A stretch of 64,000 nucleotides of DNA from an uncultured delta proteobacterium (GCA_963822965.1 CAWGJT010000012.1:320001-384000), one strand, 5' to 3'. Shown: positions 34,745-46,558, counted from the stretch's first letter. Notes: a model not told the origin generated them from the sequence alone. Made by a program: numbers and translations.

Positions 34745-35446
34745 GGCGAGACGGAGCTCCGGCTCGTCGTTCCAGAACCAGCGCAGGAAGTCGAGCGCCG
34801 CGGGCCACGCGAGACGCGTGACGTCGTCCGCTCCGGCCGGCAACAGGTCGAAGTCCACCGGCGTGCCGGCGGCACTGGCCTCGCGCAAGAGCAGGGCCAC
34901 CGCGTACGGGGGATGCGGGTCGCTCGAGAGATGTGAGACCGGCTCGGGCAGCGCCTCGTCCCCGGTCACGAAGAGAACGGGGCGTCCCGGCTGTCGGTCG
35001 AGCAGGCCGACGGCCTCGAGGAAGCCGTGCTCGAAGGTGCGATTGCGCGACGCCAGGGACTGCGCGGGCTGGTGGTTGCCGGCCCAGATCGAGAAGAGTC
35101 CCACCTGGGTGTTGTGCACCGAATGGCTGAAGGCGGTGGGCGAGAGCGCCTCGTCCCGAGCGAGCGCCTCGAGCATGGAGACGGTGGTTCCGAAGGAGCC
35201 GTGTCGCGAGGCGAACACCGCGGCCACCTCGCTGCGCTCGCCCTCGTCGCAGACCGCGTTCGCGGCGGCGAGCATCATGCGGCTGAGACCGTCGCAGCGG
35301 CGGCGCTGCATGGCCGGCAGGAAGCCCATGTCCGGTGTCACCTCGCCGGCGAGCGCCCGGGGCGCCCGGGCCCACGCCTGCCACGCCGACGCCTCCGAGA
35401 GCCCCGGTGCGAACCCGGCGACGCGTGCCACGGCGACCCGCTTCAC
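34703..35446 (-). CDS. Beta-ketoacyl synthase chain-length factor (Ketoacyl-synt_2)
   Basis: PAMQRRR, VFASRHG, LSPTAFSHSVHN. Confidence 0.9.
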   Translation of the reverse strand: MKRVAVARVAGFAPGLSEASAWQAWARAPRALAGEVTPDMGFLPAMQRRRCDGLSRMMLAAANAVCDEGERSEVAAVFASRHGSFGTTVSMLEALARDEALSPTAFSHSVHNTQVGLFSIWAGNHQPAQSLASRNRTFEHGFLEAVGLLDRQPGRPVLFVTGDEALPEPVSHLSSDPHPPYAVALLLREASAAGTPVDFDLLPAGADDVTRLAWPAALDFLRWFWNDEPELRLASDGLAFSWRRSGS

Positions 35447-36660
35447 GACCGGGGGTCCCCGAGCACGAGGGCGCAGTTGCTGCCTCCGAAGCCGAAGGAG
35501 TTGCTCATCACCGCCGCCGGTGCGGCGCCCTCGACCGCGGTGTCCGGCGCGACGAGCTCGATGGCCGCCAGCGCGGGATCCCGCGCGCCGTCGTAGCAGT
35601 GGGGCGGCAGCAGCAGGCGGCCCCCGGACGCCTCACGGCGTTCGAGGACGAGCCAGCAGAAGGCTGCCTCGATGGCTCCCGAGGCACCCAGGGTGTGCCC
35701 CACCAGGGGCTTGGTGGAGCTGCAGGGAACCGCCGCGGGGAAGACGCGCGCCACCGCCGCGCTCTCCATGGAGTCGTTCTGGGGCGTGCCGGTGCCGTGC
35801 AGGTTCAGGTACGCGATCTGCTCGGGCGCGAGTCCGGCGTCTTCGAGGGCAGCGCGCATGCAGGCCTCCGCGCCCCGGCCCTCCGGCTCCGGCGCCGACA
35901 TGTGGTGCGCGTCGCTGGATTCGCCTCCGCCCAGCAGCTGGACGCCACCGGTCTCGCGGGTCACCAGGAAGAGCGCCGCGCCCTCGCCCAGGGTGAGACC
36001 GTCCCGGTTCACGCTCATCGGGTTCGTGAGCCCGCTCGCCACCGCGTGCAACGCGGCGAATCCGTTCGCGGTGAGACGGCACAGCGAGTCCACCGCACCG
36101 GCGACGACCGCGTCGCAAAAGCCCAGCTCGAGCAGGCTACGGGCCGAGAGCAGCGCCTTGGCGCCCGTCGAGCAGGCGGTCGAGGGCGAGAAGCGCGGGC
36201 CCGTGACGCCCGCCGCACGAGCCACGAGCTCGCTGAGCCCGCCGAACTCGATCTGTGCGAGCGAGAAGGAGCCCGACAGGGAGCCGGTGCGCTCGCGCTC
36301 GCGAAAGGCCGCCTCGGCCTGCGAGAAGCCCGACGTGCTGGAGCCGACGACCACCCCGATGCGATGGGGGCCGAAGGCGTCGCGCGCCGCGTCGAGCTCG
36401 CCGCGGATGGCGTCGAGCGCCGACAGGGCCAGCCGGTTGTTGCGGCAATCGTACTCCCCGAGCGACGCGGGCAGCGCCGGCAGGGTCCCCCGCGCCACCC
36501 CGTAGAACCCGCTCTGTCCGAGAACCAGATCGTCCCGCTGCACGAGCCCCGAGCGGTCGCCGGCCACGAGCCGCGGCCAGGTCTCCCGGGTGTTCTCGCC
36601 CAGGGGCGTGTGCAGACCGAGCGCCGCCAGCCGGCAGGGCGCGCCGCGGACGTGACTCAC
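35443..36660 (-). CDS. Beta-ketoacyl-ACP synthase (aryl-polyene type)
   Basis: CRNNRL, GSSTSG, STACSTG, LT-NGF, GEGAA, SDAHH, NLHGTGT, TKPLVGHTLGA, SNSFGFGG. Confidence 0.93.
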   Translation of the reverse strand: MSHVRGAPCRLAALGLHTPLGENTRETWPRLVAGDRSGLVQRDDLVLGQSGFYGVARGTLPALPASLGEYDCRNNRLALSALDAIRGELDAARDAFGPHRIGVVVGSSTSGFSQAEAAFRERERTGSLSGSFSLAQIEFGGLSELVARAAGVTGPRFSPSTACSTGAKALLSARSLLELGFCDAVVAGAVDSLCRLTANGFAALHAVASGLTNPMSVNRDGLTLGEGAALFLVTRETGGVQLLGGGESSDAHHMSAPEPEGRGAEACMRAALEDAGLAPEQIAYLNLHGTGTPQNDSMESAAVARVFPAAVPCSSTKPLVGHTLGASGAIEAAFCWLVLERREASGGRLLLPPHCYDGARDPALAAIELVAPDTAVEGAAPAAVMSNSFGFGGSNCALVLGDPRS

Positions 36661-38144
36661 CGGGCGAGCCCCGCCAGCAGCTGCTGCCGGAGGATCTTGC
36701 CCGTGGGCGAGCGCGGCACGTCGCTCGTGATCTCGAAGCTGCGGGGGACCTTGTAGTGGATGAGGTGCTCCCGCGCGAAGCGCCGGATCTCGTCCCGGGT
36801 GAGGACGACCCCCGGCTCGGGGATGATGATGGCCTTCAGGCGGGACGCCGTCGCGCTGTAGGGGATCGGAACGGCGACCACCTCGCGCACGCCCGGGTAT
36901 CTCGCGAGCACGGACTCCACCTCGAGCGGGTTCACCTTCAAGCCCCCCACGTCGATCATGAGCTTGACCCGTCCGGTGAGGTCGAGCCGCCCCTGCGAAT
37001 CGATGCGGCCGAGATCGCCCGTGAGCAGGAAGCCGTCACGGGTCGGCTCGCCTCCGTCCTCGAGATACTCGGCGAGCATCGACGGCGCGGCCACGGCGAT
37101 CTGTCCTTCCGCGCCCGGCGGAACCTCCCGCAGCGGGTCGTCCCCCTCGAGCACCCGCACCCGCACGCCGGGGAACGGCCGTCCGACGCACGCGGGACGG
37201 AAGACCTCGCCGCGGCTCTCGTCCCAGGCGTCGGGGTCGTTGTAGGCGACGGACCCGAACTCCGAGGCGCCGTAGATCTGACCGACGCGGACGCCGAAGA
37301 CCGCGGCGAAGCGCTCGGCGACCTCCGACCCCAACGGGCTCCCCGCCGAGATCACGCGCCGGAGCGCGGGCGCGGGCAGCCGTCCGCTCACGCCACGGGC
37401 CAGGGAATCGAGCATCACGGGCACCGCCGGAAACACGCTGATGCTCCGCTCGGCGAGCGATGCACGCACGCCTTTCACATCGAAGCCGGCATGCAGCTCG
37501 AGCAGGGCGCCCGCCGCGATCCCCGTGAGCACGCCCATGTCGATTCCGTAGGAGTGGTAGGCCGGAATCGCGAGCAGCATCGCGTCGCGTTCGTCCATCC
37601 CGAGCGCGATGCGGCAGCTCTCGCCCACGGCGTCGAGGGCGACGGCCGTGCGTCGCACGGTCTTCGGCGCGCCCGTGGTGCCGGAGCTGCGCAGCAGGAG
37701 CGAGCCCTCACCCCGGCCCGACGGCTCCACGAAGGGCTCCGCCGCTCCGGGTGCGATCTCACCCGCCGGAATTCCCTCCTCGACGTGCCCTTCCAGTGCG
37801 GAGAGCGTCTCGGGGGAGCCGATGGCCGTGGCGGCACCGATGCCGGCGCACAGCCCGCGCAGCTCGCTGGCCGTCGACTCTGGCGCCACCGGAGCCACCC
37901 GAAGACCGGCCCACAAGCCGGCGACGATGCCCGCGACCGCTTCGAAACGATTCCCCGCGCAGACCACCAACGCGCCGCGGCGGCCCCCGGCCTCGAGCCG
38001 GCGCGCCAGCCCCGCCGCCGCCGCGCCGAGCGCACCCCAGTCGAAGGCTCGTTCGGGCTGCTCGCCGCCGACCTCGCGGATCGCGATGGCTGCCGGGCGC
38101 TCGAGACGGTGGCGCAGCAGGGCCGCGACGAGCTTCGATCTCAT
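36657..38144 (-). CDS. AMP-binding acyl-CoA/acyl-ACP ligase
   Basis: SSGTTGAPK, YHSYG, QIYGASE, TGDLG, GR-K-MI-VGG-KV-P-EVE, PRSPTGKI. Confidence 0.9.
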   Translation of the reverse strand: MRSKLVAALLRHRLERPAAIAIREVGGEQPERAFDWGALGAAAAGLARRLEAGGRRGALVVCAGNRFEAVAGIVAGLWAGLRVAPVAPESTASELRGLCAGIGAATAIGSPETLSALEGHVEEGIPAGEIAPGAAEPFVEPSGRGEGSLLLRSSGTTGAPKTVRRTAVALDAVGESCRIALGMDERDAMLLAIPAYHSYGIDMGVLTGIAAGALLELHAGFDVKGVRASLAERSISVFPAVPVMLDSLARGVSGRLPAPALRRVISAGSPLGSEVAERFAAVFGVRVGQIYGASEFGSVAYNDPDAWDESRGEVFRPACVGRPFPGVRVRVLEGDDPLREVPPGAEGQIAVAAPSMLAEYLEDGGEPTRDGFLLTGDLGRIDSQGRLDLTGRVKLMIDVGGLKVNPLEVESVLARYPGVREVVAVPIPYSATASRLKAIIIPEPGVVLTRDEIRRFAREHLIHYKVPRSFEITSDVPRSPTGKILRQQLLAGLAR

Positions 38145-38178
38145 CGTGCCAACCGCCCCGCCGTCCCCGCGCTTCGCC

Positions 38179-39153
38179 TCAGTCCTCGCAGCGCAGGATC
38201 CCCTCGGCCTCGACGAGCAGCTCGGGGCGGCACAGATCCGCGGCCGCCAGATCGAAGCGCGTGAGGTTGGGAAAGGCGCCCCGGACCCGCTGCTCGACGG
38301 CGGGGGCATCGCCTTCGCGGACCACGTAGATGCGCAGCTCCCGATAGCGGGCCAGGGCGGCCTGCTGAGCGTCCTCCGCGGCCCGTTTCGCGTCGTCTGA
38401 ATGGGCGGCCTGCGAGAGCGGGCGTTCCGCCACCTCGGCACCGATGGTGGCCAGGTTCAGCAGCGTCTCGGCGAGCTGTCCCTCCAGGTCTCCCGCGTGC
38501 CGGGAATCCTCGCCGACGATGCTGGCCGTGCCCGCCACGAGCCCCACGGTCTGCCACGGCAGGGCCCCGAGCCGCCCCTCCACCCGGGAGGCCCGCGCGA
38601 AGCAGGGCGGCAGGGGCCCATACCGCTGGGAGTAGAGATACGCCGGCCGCTGGCGGGGGTTCTCGAAGGCCGCGGCCGGACGGACCGAGGCCAGCACGTG
38701 GACGACCAGGTCGCGACCGCGATGCCCGACCGCCGACGAGGTCACGTGTCGCGCCTCCGCGTCCTCCGGCGGGTAGCAGGCGTCGTAGCCCCGCTGGCGA
38801 CCGACGTTGAAGACCTCGTAGCGCGAGAAGCCGTCCTGGCTCGGGCGCCGGATGGCCGGCACGTAGTTCCAGATGCGCACGGGCTGCAGGTCCCGGCTCG
38901 CGAGAACCTCGGCCGCGGTGACATAGCAGCGGGTGACGCCGCTCCGGAACGCCGCGTCGTCGAGCAGGACGGCTTCGGGAAGGCTGATCCGCACGAGGAG
39001 CAGGTCCGCAGAGCCCCGGGTCTCCACGACCACCCCTTCCTTCTCGACCTCGGCGCCCTCCGGCGCCGCCGCACCGAGCGCCTCGCTCACCCAGGGCGGC
39101 ACGGTCGGCGGATCGAGTCGGACCAGCGGTGTCGCTTCGGGCCGTCCGGCCAT
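38179..39153 (-). CDS. Chorismatase, FkbO/Hyg5/XanB2 family
   Basis: RIWNYVPAI, RY..FNVGR, ENPRQ..AY.Y...YGP.PP.FARA, GTASIVG...H.GD...Q..ET..NL, ADLCRPELLVEAEG. Confidence 0.88.
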   Translation of the reverse strand: MAGRPEATPLVRLDPPTVPPWVSEALGAAAPEGAEVEKEGVVVETRGSADLLLVRISLPEAVLLDDAAFRSGVTRCYVTAAEVLASRDLQPVRIWNYVPAIRRPSQDGFSRYEVFNVGRQRGYDACYPPEDAEARHVTSSAVGHRGRDLVVHVLASVRPAAAFENPRQRPAYLYSQRYGPLPPCFARASRVEGRLGALPWQTVGLVAGTASIVGEDSRHAGDLEGQLAETLLNLATIGAEVAERPLSQAAHSDDAKRAAEDAQQAALARYRELRIYVVREGDAPAVEQRVRGAFPNLTRFDLAAADLCRPELLVEAEGILRCED

Positions 39154-39464
39154 CGAACTCCCCACTCCTGCTGCGCTGGAGCCATGATCGCAACGACTCC
39201 CCGCGGCTCTCGTCGCGGCTCTCGTCGCACCTTCGTGGCGCCCTTCCCCCCGCCCAGGCTGCGGTCCCCGACGCCCCTTCCCAGGCCCCTTCCAAGACCC
39301 CCCGACCCGGGCGGCTACGGCCCGCGCAGGGCATCGGCGGCAGTGGGGAGCGTATCGGCTCACTATAGCCCAGGACTCGAGTCCGAATAATCGCGCCCGG
39401 CGGATCGATCGCGCGCTCGGTGCGGCTAACCTAGCCCCATCGCCAGCGAGGAACCGCAACGCCC

Positions 39465-40820
39465 GTGAAGATCGCGTTCGTCTCCGGAAACCGGGAGAAG
39501 CTGCCCGACGCCGTCGTGCCGCTCGGCCTGCTGTACGTGATGGCGGCCACGCCCGAGCGTCACGAGAAGGTGCTCGTCGATCTGTGCTTCGAGCGCAGCC
39601 CGGAGGCGGCGCTGCGCCGGCGACTGCTCGAGGTCCAGCCGGATCTCGTCGCCGTGGGCCTGCGCAACATCCAGAACAACGACTACTCGGGAATCGGCGA
39701 CAACGTCGACTACTACGCGGGGCTGGTCCGCGCTGCGCGGGAGGCCTCCGACGCACCGGTGGTGGTGGGCGGATCGGGATTCAGCGTGATGCCCGCCGAG
39801 CTGATGGCCCGGCTCGGCGCCGACTTCGGCATCTCGGGCGAAGGAGAGGCCGCCTTCCCGGCCCTGGCCGAAGCCCTGGAGACGACCCCGGCCGGTCGGG
39901 AGGCCGCCCTCGGGCGCATCGGCAACCTCCACCGCTTCGTCGAGGGCCAGGTCGTGAGCAACCCCGCCGACCGCGCTTTCCTCGACATGAACGCGCTGCC
40001 GGTTCCCGATCGGAGCCTGGCCGACCCGCGCTACTACGAGCGCTACGCGATCGACTCCGTCCAGACCAAGCGAGGCTGCCCCCTGCTCTGCGAGTACTGC
40101 ACCTATCCGGTGATCGAGGGCCGGGTGGGGCGCGCGCGACGGCCGGCGGCCGTCGTCGACGAGATGTTCGCGTGCCTCGAGCAGCAACCGGGCATCCGCC
40201 ACTTCTTCGTCGTCGACTCGGTGTTCAACCTGCCGCGCGCCCACGCGAAGAACGTCTGCCGGGAGCTGATCGAGCGGGGCTGGCAGGTGCCCTGGACGTG
40301 CTACGCGAACCCCCTGGGCTTCGACCGCGAGATGGCCGCCCTGGCCCGGGAGGCCGGCTGCGCGGGGATGGAGATCGGCTCCGACTCGGGCGTCGACGAC
40401 GTGCTGAAGCGCCTCCGCAAGGGGTTCACGACCGATCAGATCCGCGCCATCCACGACCTCTGCAAGGCGGAGGGCGTGCGGGACTGCCACACCTTCATCC
40501 TCGGCACGCGGGGCGAGACCCTCGACGACGTGAAGCGGACCCTCGACTTCGCGGTCGACCTCGACCCCTACAGCGCCATCCTCATGATGTGGGTCGACGA
40601 TTACGAGGCCCTCGACCCGGCGCTCCGCACGGAGCGAATGCGGCTGCGCGACGACATCCGGGACCTGCTGCTGGAGCGCCAGGCGCAGTATCCGTACTGG
40701 AGCATTCCACCGCTCGGCATCAACTTCGACGCGCGCCTCTTCCAGCGGCTGCGCCGACGCGGCATGCACGGGCCGCTCTGGCAGTTCGTGCGCATGGGGG
40801 ACAACAACGCCAATGACTGA
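39465..40820 (+). CDS. B12-binding domain radical SAM protein
   Basis: PLGL, GLRNI, VGGSGFS, GEGE, QTKRGCPLLCEYCTYP (CxxxCxxC), VDSVFN. Confidence 0.9.
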   Translation: MKIAFVSGNREKLPDAVVPLGLLYVMAATPERHEKVLVDLCFERSPEAALRRRLLEVQPDLVAVGLRNIQNNDYSGIGDNVDYYAGLVRAAREASDAPVVVGGSGFSVMPAELMARLGADFGISGEGEAAFPALAEALETTPAGREAALGRIGNLHRFVEGQVVSNPADRAFLDMNALPVPDRSLADPRYYERYAIDSVQTKRGCPLLCEYCTYPVIEGRVGRARRPAAVVDEMFACLEQQPGIRHFFVVDSVFNLPRAHAKNVCRELIERGWQVPWTCYANPLGFDREMAALAREAGCAGMEIGSDSGVDDVLKRLRKGFTTDQIRAIHDLCKAEGVRDCHTFILGTRGETLDDVKRTLDFAVDLDPYSAILMMWVDDYEALDPALRTERMRLRDDIRDLLLERQAQYPYWSIPPLGINFDARLFQRLRRRGMHGPLWQFVRMGDNNAND

Positions 40821-42153
40821 GACGACCTTCCGAAGGCGGGCCGCCGCTGCGGGCGCGACCCTGCTCGGCGTGCTGCTCGTATCCGGGTGCGCGCTGCTCG
40901 GGGTGCGCGAGCAGCGCGAGGCCCTGCAGAACTTCGCGCGGATCCGCGGAACCGTCACGCTCGACGTGCCGAGCGACAGCCCCCTCGTCGTCGTCCTCGG
41001 CCGCACGTCCGACGACCCGAAGGCGATCGACCCCGAGACGGGACGGCGGGCGGGAAACGTCATCGATCACTTCCGGCTGGAGCACGCCGGCGCCTTCGCG
41101 TTCGCGGTGATGCCCGGAACGTTCCGCCTGGCCGCCTTCGTGGACGAGAACCGGAACCTGATCTACGACCCCGGCGAGCCCGCCCTCGCCGGGCAGCCCG
41201 ACTTCACCCTGAGCTCGGGGGAGAAGCGCGACGACGTCGAGCTGGTGATCCACCACGACGTCCACCTCGACAAGACGTACGACATCCTGAAGATGCAGGC
41301 GCGCGCCCCCAAGGACCAGGAGAACTTCAGCCTGGGGCGCTTCACGGTGAAGGGCAAGGTGGTCGACCTCGACGACCCCAAGTTCGGCGAGGCCAACGGC
41401 AAGCTCGGGATGTGGAAGTTCGTGGACTTCCTGTTCGACGTCGGGCCGGGGGTCTACTTCCTCGAGGAGTACGACCCCAACAAGATCCCGGTGCTCTTCG
41501 TCCACGGCATCAGCGGCTACCCCCAGCAGTTCTCGACGCTGATCGCCAAGCTCGACCGGAAGCGCTTCCAGCCGTGGTTCTACTTCTACCCGTCGGGCAT
41601 CCACCTCGACAGCATCGCGAACCACCTCACCGACGTGATGACCGACCTGCAGCTGCGCTACGGCTTCGACGAGGTGGCCGTGGTGGCCCACAGCATGGGC
41701 GGGCTCGTCTCGCGCGCCTTCATCCTGAAGTACCAGGAGACGACGAGACGTCCGGACATCCGGCTCTTCGTGGCCATCTCGTCACCGTGGGGCGGGAGCG
41801 AGAGCGCCAGCAACATCGGGGACGCCCCCAAGGACCTGGTGGTCTACTCCTGGCTCGACATGAACCCGAGCAGCGACTTCCTGAAGGGCCTCTTCTACCA
41901 GCCGCCCGACTACCTGCGGCCCCGCCCGCTGCCCCCGCAGACGCCCTTCTACATGATGTTCGGCTACAAGCGGAAGGAGAGCTCCTTCGGCCCGTCGGGG
42001 GACGGGGTGCTGACCACGAAGAGCGAGACCCGCCTCGAAGCGGTGGAGGCGGCGAAGTCGATCCTGCCCCTCGACTACGACCACGTCGACATCCTGCACA
42101 GCCCCGAGGCGGTGAAGCGCCTGAACGCCATCCTCGCGGAGCGCTTCGACTGA
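40813..42153 (+). CDS. Lipoprotein alpha/beta hydrolase
   Basis: Lipobox LVSGC; PVLFVHGI, AHSMGG, SSPWGG, DGV, H. Confidence 0.85.
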   Translation: MTETTFRRRAAAAGATLLGVLLVSGCALLGVREQREALQNFARIRGTVTLDVPSDSPLVVVLGRTSDDPKAIDPETGRRAGNVIDHFRLEHAGAFAFAVMPGTFRLAAFVDENRNLIYDPGEPALAGQPDFTLSSGEKRDDVELVIHHDVHLDKTYDILKMQARAPKDQENFSLGRFTVKGKVVDLDDPKFGEANGKLGMWKFVDFLFDVGPGVYFLEEYDPNKIPVLFVHGISGYPQQFSTLIAKLDRKRFQPWFYFYPSGIHLDSIANHLTDVMTDLQLRYGFDEVAVVAHSMGGLVSRAFILKYQETTRRPDIRLFVAISSPWGGSESASNIGDAPKDLVVYSWLDMNPSSDFLKGLFYQPPDYLRPRPLPPQTPFYMMFGYKRKESSFGPSGDGVLTTKSETRLEAVEAAKSILPLDYDHVDILHSPEAVKRLNAILAERFD

Positions 42154-42171
42154 GCCGGGTTCGGCACCCTG

Positions 42172-43835
<1,664 letters not shown>

Positions 43836-43978
43836 TCACTGTTGCGCGCGTCGCGCGTGTCCGGGCCCGGCGGACGGAGCCGCCTTGCCGAAGACGGTAG
43901 CGAGTGGCCAGCAGGCCGCGCACCCGGACCAGCGCGGGCGGTGGAGTCCGATCCTGCAACGGACCCCGCGCGCGAGGA

Positions 43979-44515
43979 TCAGACCGACGACTGCTTGGAG
44001 TCCGCCACCAGCCGATCGGGCCCGCCGTCGCCCTCGGCGTCCTCGCCGTAGAGGAAGACCTCGAGCACGAGCACGCACACGCCGACGACGATGCAGGAGT
44101 CGGCCACGTTGAAGGTCGGCCAGGTGTAGCTGCCGACGTAGAGGTCGAGCCAGTCGATGACCTCGCCGTAGACGACCCGATCCGTGAGGTTTCCGAGGGC
44201 GCCGCCGAGGATCGTGCCGAGAGCGGCCGCCGAGAGCCACGCGTCGGGCGCCAAGCGCCGGTAGAAGACCACGAGCAGCGTGACCGCGACGGCGCCGGCG
44301 CCGAGGAAGAACGCCAGGCGGAGCTCCATGGGTCCGCCCGCGAAGAAGCTGAAGGCCCCGCCCGGATTGCGCACGTGGGTGAGATCGAAGAAGCCGGGCA
44401 CGAGGGTGACCGTCTCGCCGTAGTAGAAGTGCGAGACGACCCAGTGCTTCGAGAGCTGGTCGAGGGGATAGACGAGACCGAAGGTCGCCAGGAACCACAG
44501 GAGCTTGGGAGTCAT
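43979..44515 (-). CDS. lspA: Lipoprotein signal peptidase II
   Basis: DQLSK, NPGGAFS, GGALGNLTDR, VIDW, WPTFNVAD. Confidence 0.96.
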   Translation of the reverse strand: MTPKLLWFLATFGLVYPLDQLSKHWVVSHFYYGETVTLVPGFFDLTHVRNPGGAFSFFAGGPMELRLAFFLGAGAVAVTLLVVFYRRLAPDAWLSAAALGTILGGALGNLTDRVVYGEVIDWLDLYVGSYTWPTFNVADSCIVVGVCVLVLEVFLYGEDAEGDGGPDRLVADSKQSSV

Positions 44516-44611
44516 CGTCGGCAACGTATCACGCCTCGCCGGCCCCCTCCCGTGCACTGGGCGTCGCTTCGGAATCCCCGAGGGGCGACCCTCTGTCTGG
44601 GGCTCGACTTG

Positions 44612-44649
44612 TTACATCTTGTTGCCGAATACATCACCTGATGTAATAT
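44612..44649 (+). promoter_or_regulatory. Palindromic operator and probable promoter of the PaaX-desaturase operon
   Basis: TACATCA-CC-TGATGTA (44630-44645), extra TTACATC half-site (44612); TTGCCG-N16-TAATAT. Confidence 0.6.
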
Positions 44650-44651
44650 CC

Positions 44652-45584
44652 GTGTCCGTGACGCCCTCGCCCAAGAGCCTGATCGTGGACCTGCTCTCCA
44701 CCCTGCCCCGTTCCCGTGCAGGCTCGATGCCGGTGCGGGCCCTGGTGGCCGCGGGCCGCTGCTTCGGCATCGCCGACAACAGCATCCGCGTGGCGCTCGC
44801 GAGGCTGCATGCGGCCGGCACCGTCGATCGCGACGAGCGGGGCCGCTATCGGCTCGGCGAGCGAACCGAGGCGATCCGGCGCGAGGTGTCGTCGTGGAAG
44901 ACGCGCCACGAAGACGTGCGCGACTGGAGCGAGCGCCGCTTCACCGCCGTGATCGTGCCCGCCGAGACCGGCGCGGGTCAGCCGCGGGCGGGTCGACGCG
45001 AGACGACCCGCCGACAGCGCGCCCTGGGGCTGCTGGGCTTCCGAAGCCTGGAGCCCGGGCTCCACCTCCGGCCCGACAACCTCGCCGGCGGCGTCGAGCG
45101 GACGCGGGAGCGGCTCTTCGCCCTCGACGCCTCTCTGCGCGATCGGGGCGCCGTCGTGGCCGCGCTCTGCGGGCTGGACCGCGACACCGAAACGCGTGCG
45201 CTCGGGCTCTGGGACCCGGCAGAGGCCATCCAGGCCTACGCTGCGTCCCGGCGGCGGCTGGCAGCCAGCGAGAAGCGGCTCGCCACCCTCAGCCAGGAAG
45301 AAGCCATGGTGGAGACCTTCCTCGTCGGCGGACGGGTGCTGCGACAGGTGGCGCTCGACCCCCTGCTGCCCGAGGAGATCGTGCCGGCCGCCGAGCGCGC
45401 GGCCCTGGTCGATGCCATGCGTCACTACGACGAGCTGGGGCGCGCCTGCTGGGCGGCCTTCCTCGAACGCTTCGACGTCCCCCACCTGCGAACCCCAGCC
45501 GACTGGCGGATGGCCGACGCGACGCTCGCCCGCGTCCTCGAGCCCGAAGCCGGCGCCCGACCTGCACCAGGAGGAGCCCCGTGA
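44652..45584 (+). CDS. PaaX-family transcriptional regulator
   Basis: PKSLIVDLL, FGI..NSIRVALARL, RG.Y.L, LGF..L, RPDNL, DPLLPEE. Confidence 0.85.
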   Translation: MSVTPSPKSLIVDLLSTLPRSRAGSMPVRALVAAGRCFGIADNSIRVALARLHAAGTVDRDERGRYRLGERTEAIRREVSSWKTRHEDVRDWSERRFTAVIVPAETGAGQPRAGRRETTRRQRALGLLGFRSLEPGLHLRPDNLAGGVERTRERLFALDASLRDRGAVVAALCGLDRDTETRALGLWDPAEAIQAYAASRRRLAASEKRLATLSQEEAMVETFLVGGRVLRQVALDPLLPEEIVPAAERAALVDAMRHYDELGRACWAAFLERFDVPHLRTPADWRMADATLARVLEPEAGARPAPGGAP

Positions 45585-46558
45585 GCCAGGCCGCCACCCT
45601 CGAACGAAGTCGCCCGAAGAGCTGGCGCGAGGTCCTCTCGCGCCAGGAGATCGATTCGCTGCTCGAGATCCAGGACTGGCGGGGCTGGGTCACCATCGTC
45701 GTGGACTGGGGGATCGTCTTCGCGTCCTTCGCCCTGGTGGCGTGGGCGCCGAATCCGCTGACCGTGATCGCGGCCCTCTTCCTCATCGGGACGCGCCAGC
45801 TGGGCCTGGCGGTGGTGATGCACGAGGCCTCGCACCGCACCCTGTTCCGCAACCGCAAGCTCAACGACTGGGCCGGGAACTGGCTCGCCGCCTACCCGGT
45901 GTGGGCGGACGTCAAGCCCTACCGCAGCTACCACCTCGTCCATCACGCCAAGACCGGCACCGCCGGCGACCCCGATCTCGGCCTCGTCACGCCCTTCCCG
46001 ATCACCCGCGCGAGCTTCCGGCGCAAGATCTGGCGCGACCTGTCGGGCCAGACCGGCTGGAAGCAGATGCGGGCGGTGCTGCGCCGGGATCTGGGCCTCG
46101 CGAAGAAGCCCAACCAGCGAACCATGGGGCTCAACCGGGGAGAGCAGCCCGACGTCGGCTGTCACAAGCTCGTCCCGGTGGCTGTCTCCAACGGCGTGCT
46201 GCTCGCGATCCTCTCGCTCGCCGGCCACCCGGAACTCTACGCGCTGTGGGTGATCGCCTGGCTCACCACCTACCGCCTCGTGACGCGCCTGCGCTCCATC
46301 GCCGAGCACGCGCTGCCGAGCGACGTCGCCGACCCGCTCCGCAACACCCGCACCACCCGGGCCCGCTGGTGGGAGCGGCTGCTGATCGCCCCGAACCGGG
46401 TGAACTACCACCTGGAGCACCACCTGCTCATGACGGTGCCGCTCTACAACCTGCCGCGCATGCACCGCATGCTGAAGGAGCGGGGCGCGCTCGAAGGCGC
46501 TCTGCTATCGGACGGCTACCTCCAGGTCTTCGACGACGCGTCCTCGCGCGCGGCGTAA
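45581..46558 (+). CDS. Membrane fatty acid desaturase family protein
   Basis: His boxes HEASH, HLVHH, AEH, NYHLEHH. Confidence 0.9.
   Translation: MSQAATLERSRPKSWREVLSRQEIDSLLEIQDWRGWVTIVVDWGIVFASFALVAWAPNPLTVIAALFLIGTRQLGLAVVMHEASHRTLFRNRKLNDWAGNWLAAYPVWADVKPYRSYHLVHHAKTGTAGDPDLGLVTPFPITRASFRRKIWRDLSGQTGWKQMRAVLRRDLGLAKKPNQRTMGLNRGEQPDVGCHKLVPVAVSNGVLLAILSLAGHPELYALWVIAWLTTYRLVTRLRSIAEHALPSDVADPLRNTRTTRARWWERLLIAPNRVNYHLEHHLLMTVPLYNLPRMHRMLKERGALEGALLSDGYLQVFDDASSRAA

Noticed and set aside
39202..39228. 12-bp tandem CGCGGCTCTCGT x2 upstream of the chorismatase
   Set aside because: Only two GC-rich copies with no supporting context
39431..39444. CTAGCCCCATCGCC as a family B end
   Set aside because: 13 of 14 bases match the copy 2 end but no internal family B blocks follow; it may be chance or promoter sequence
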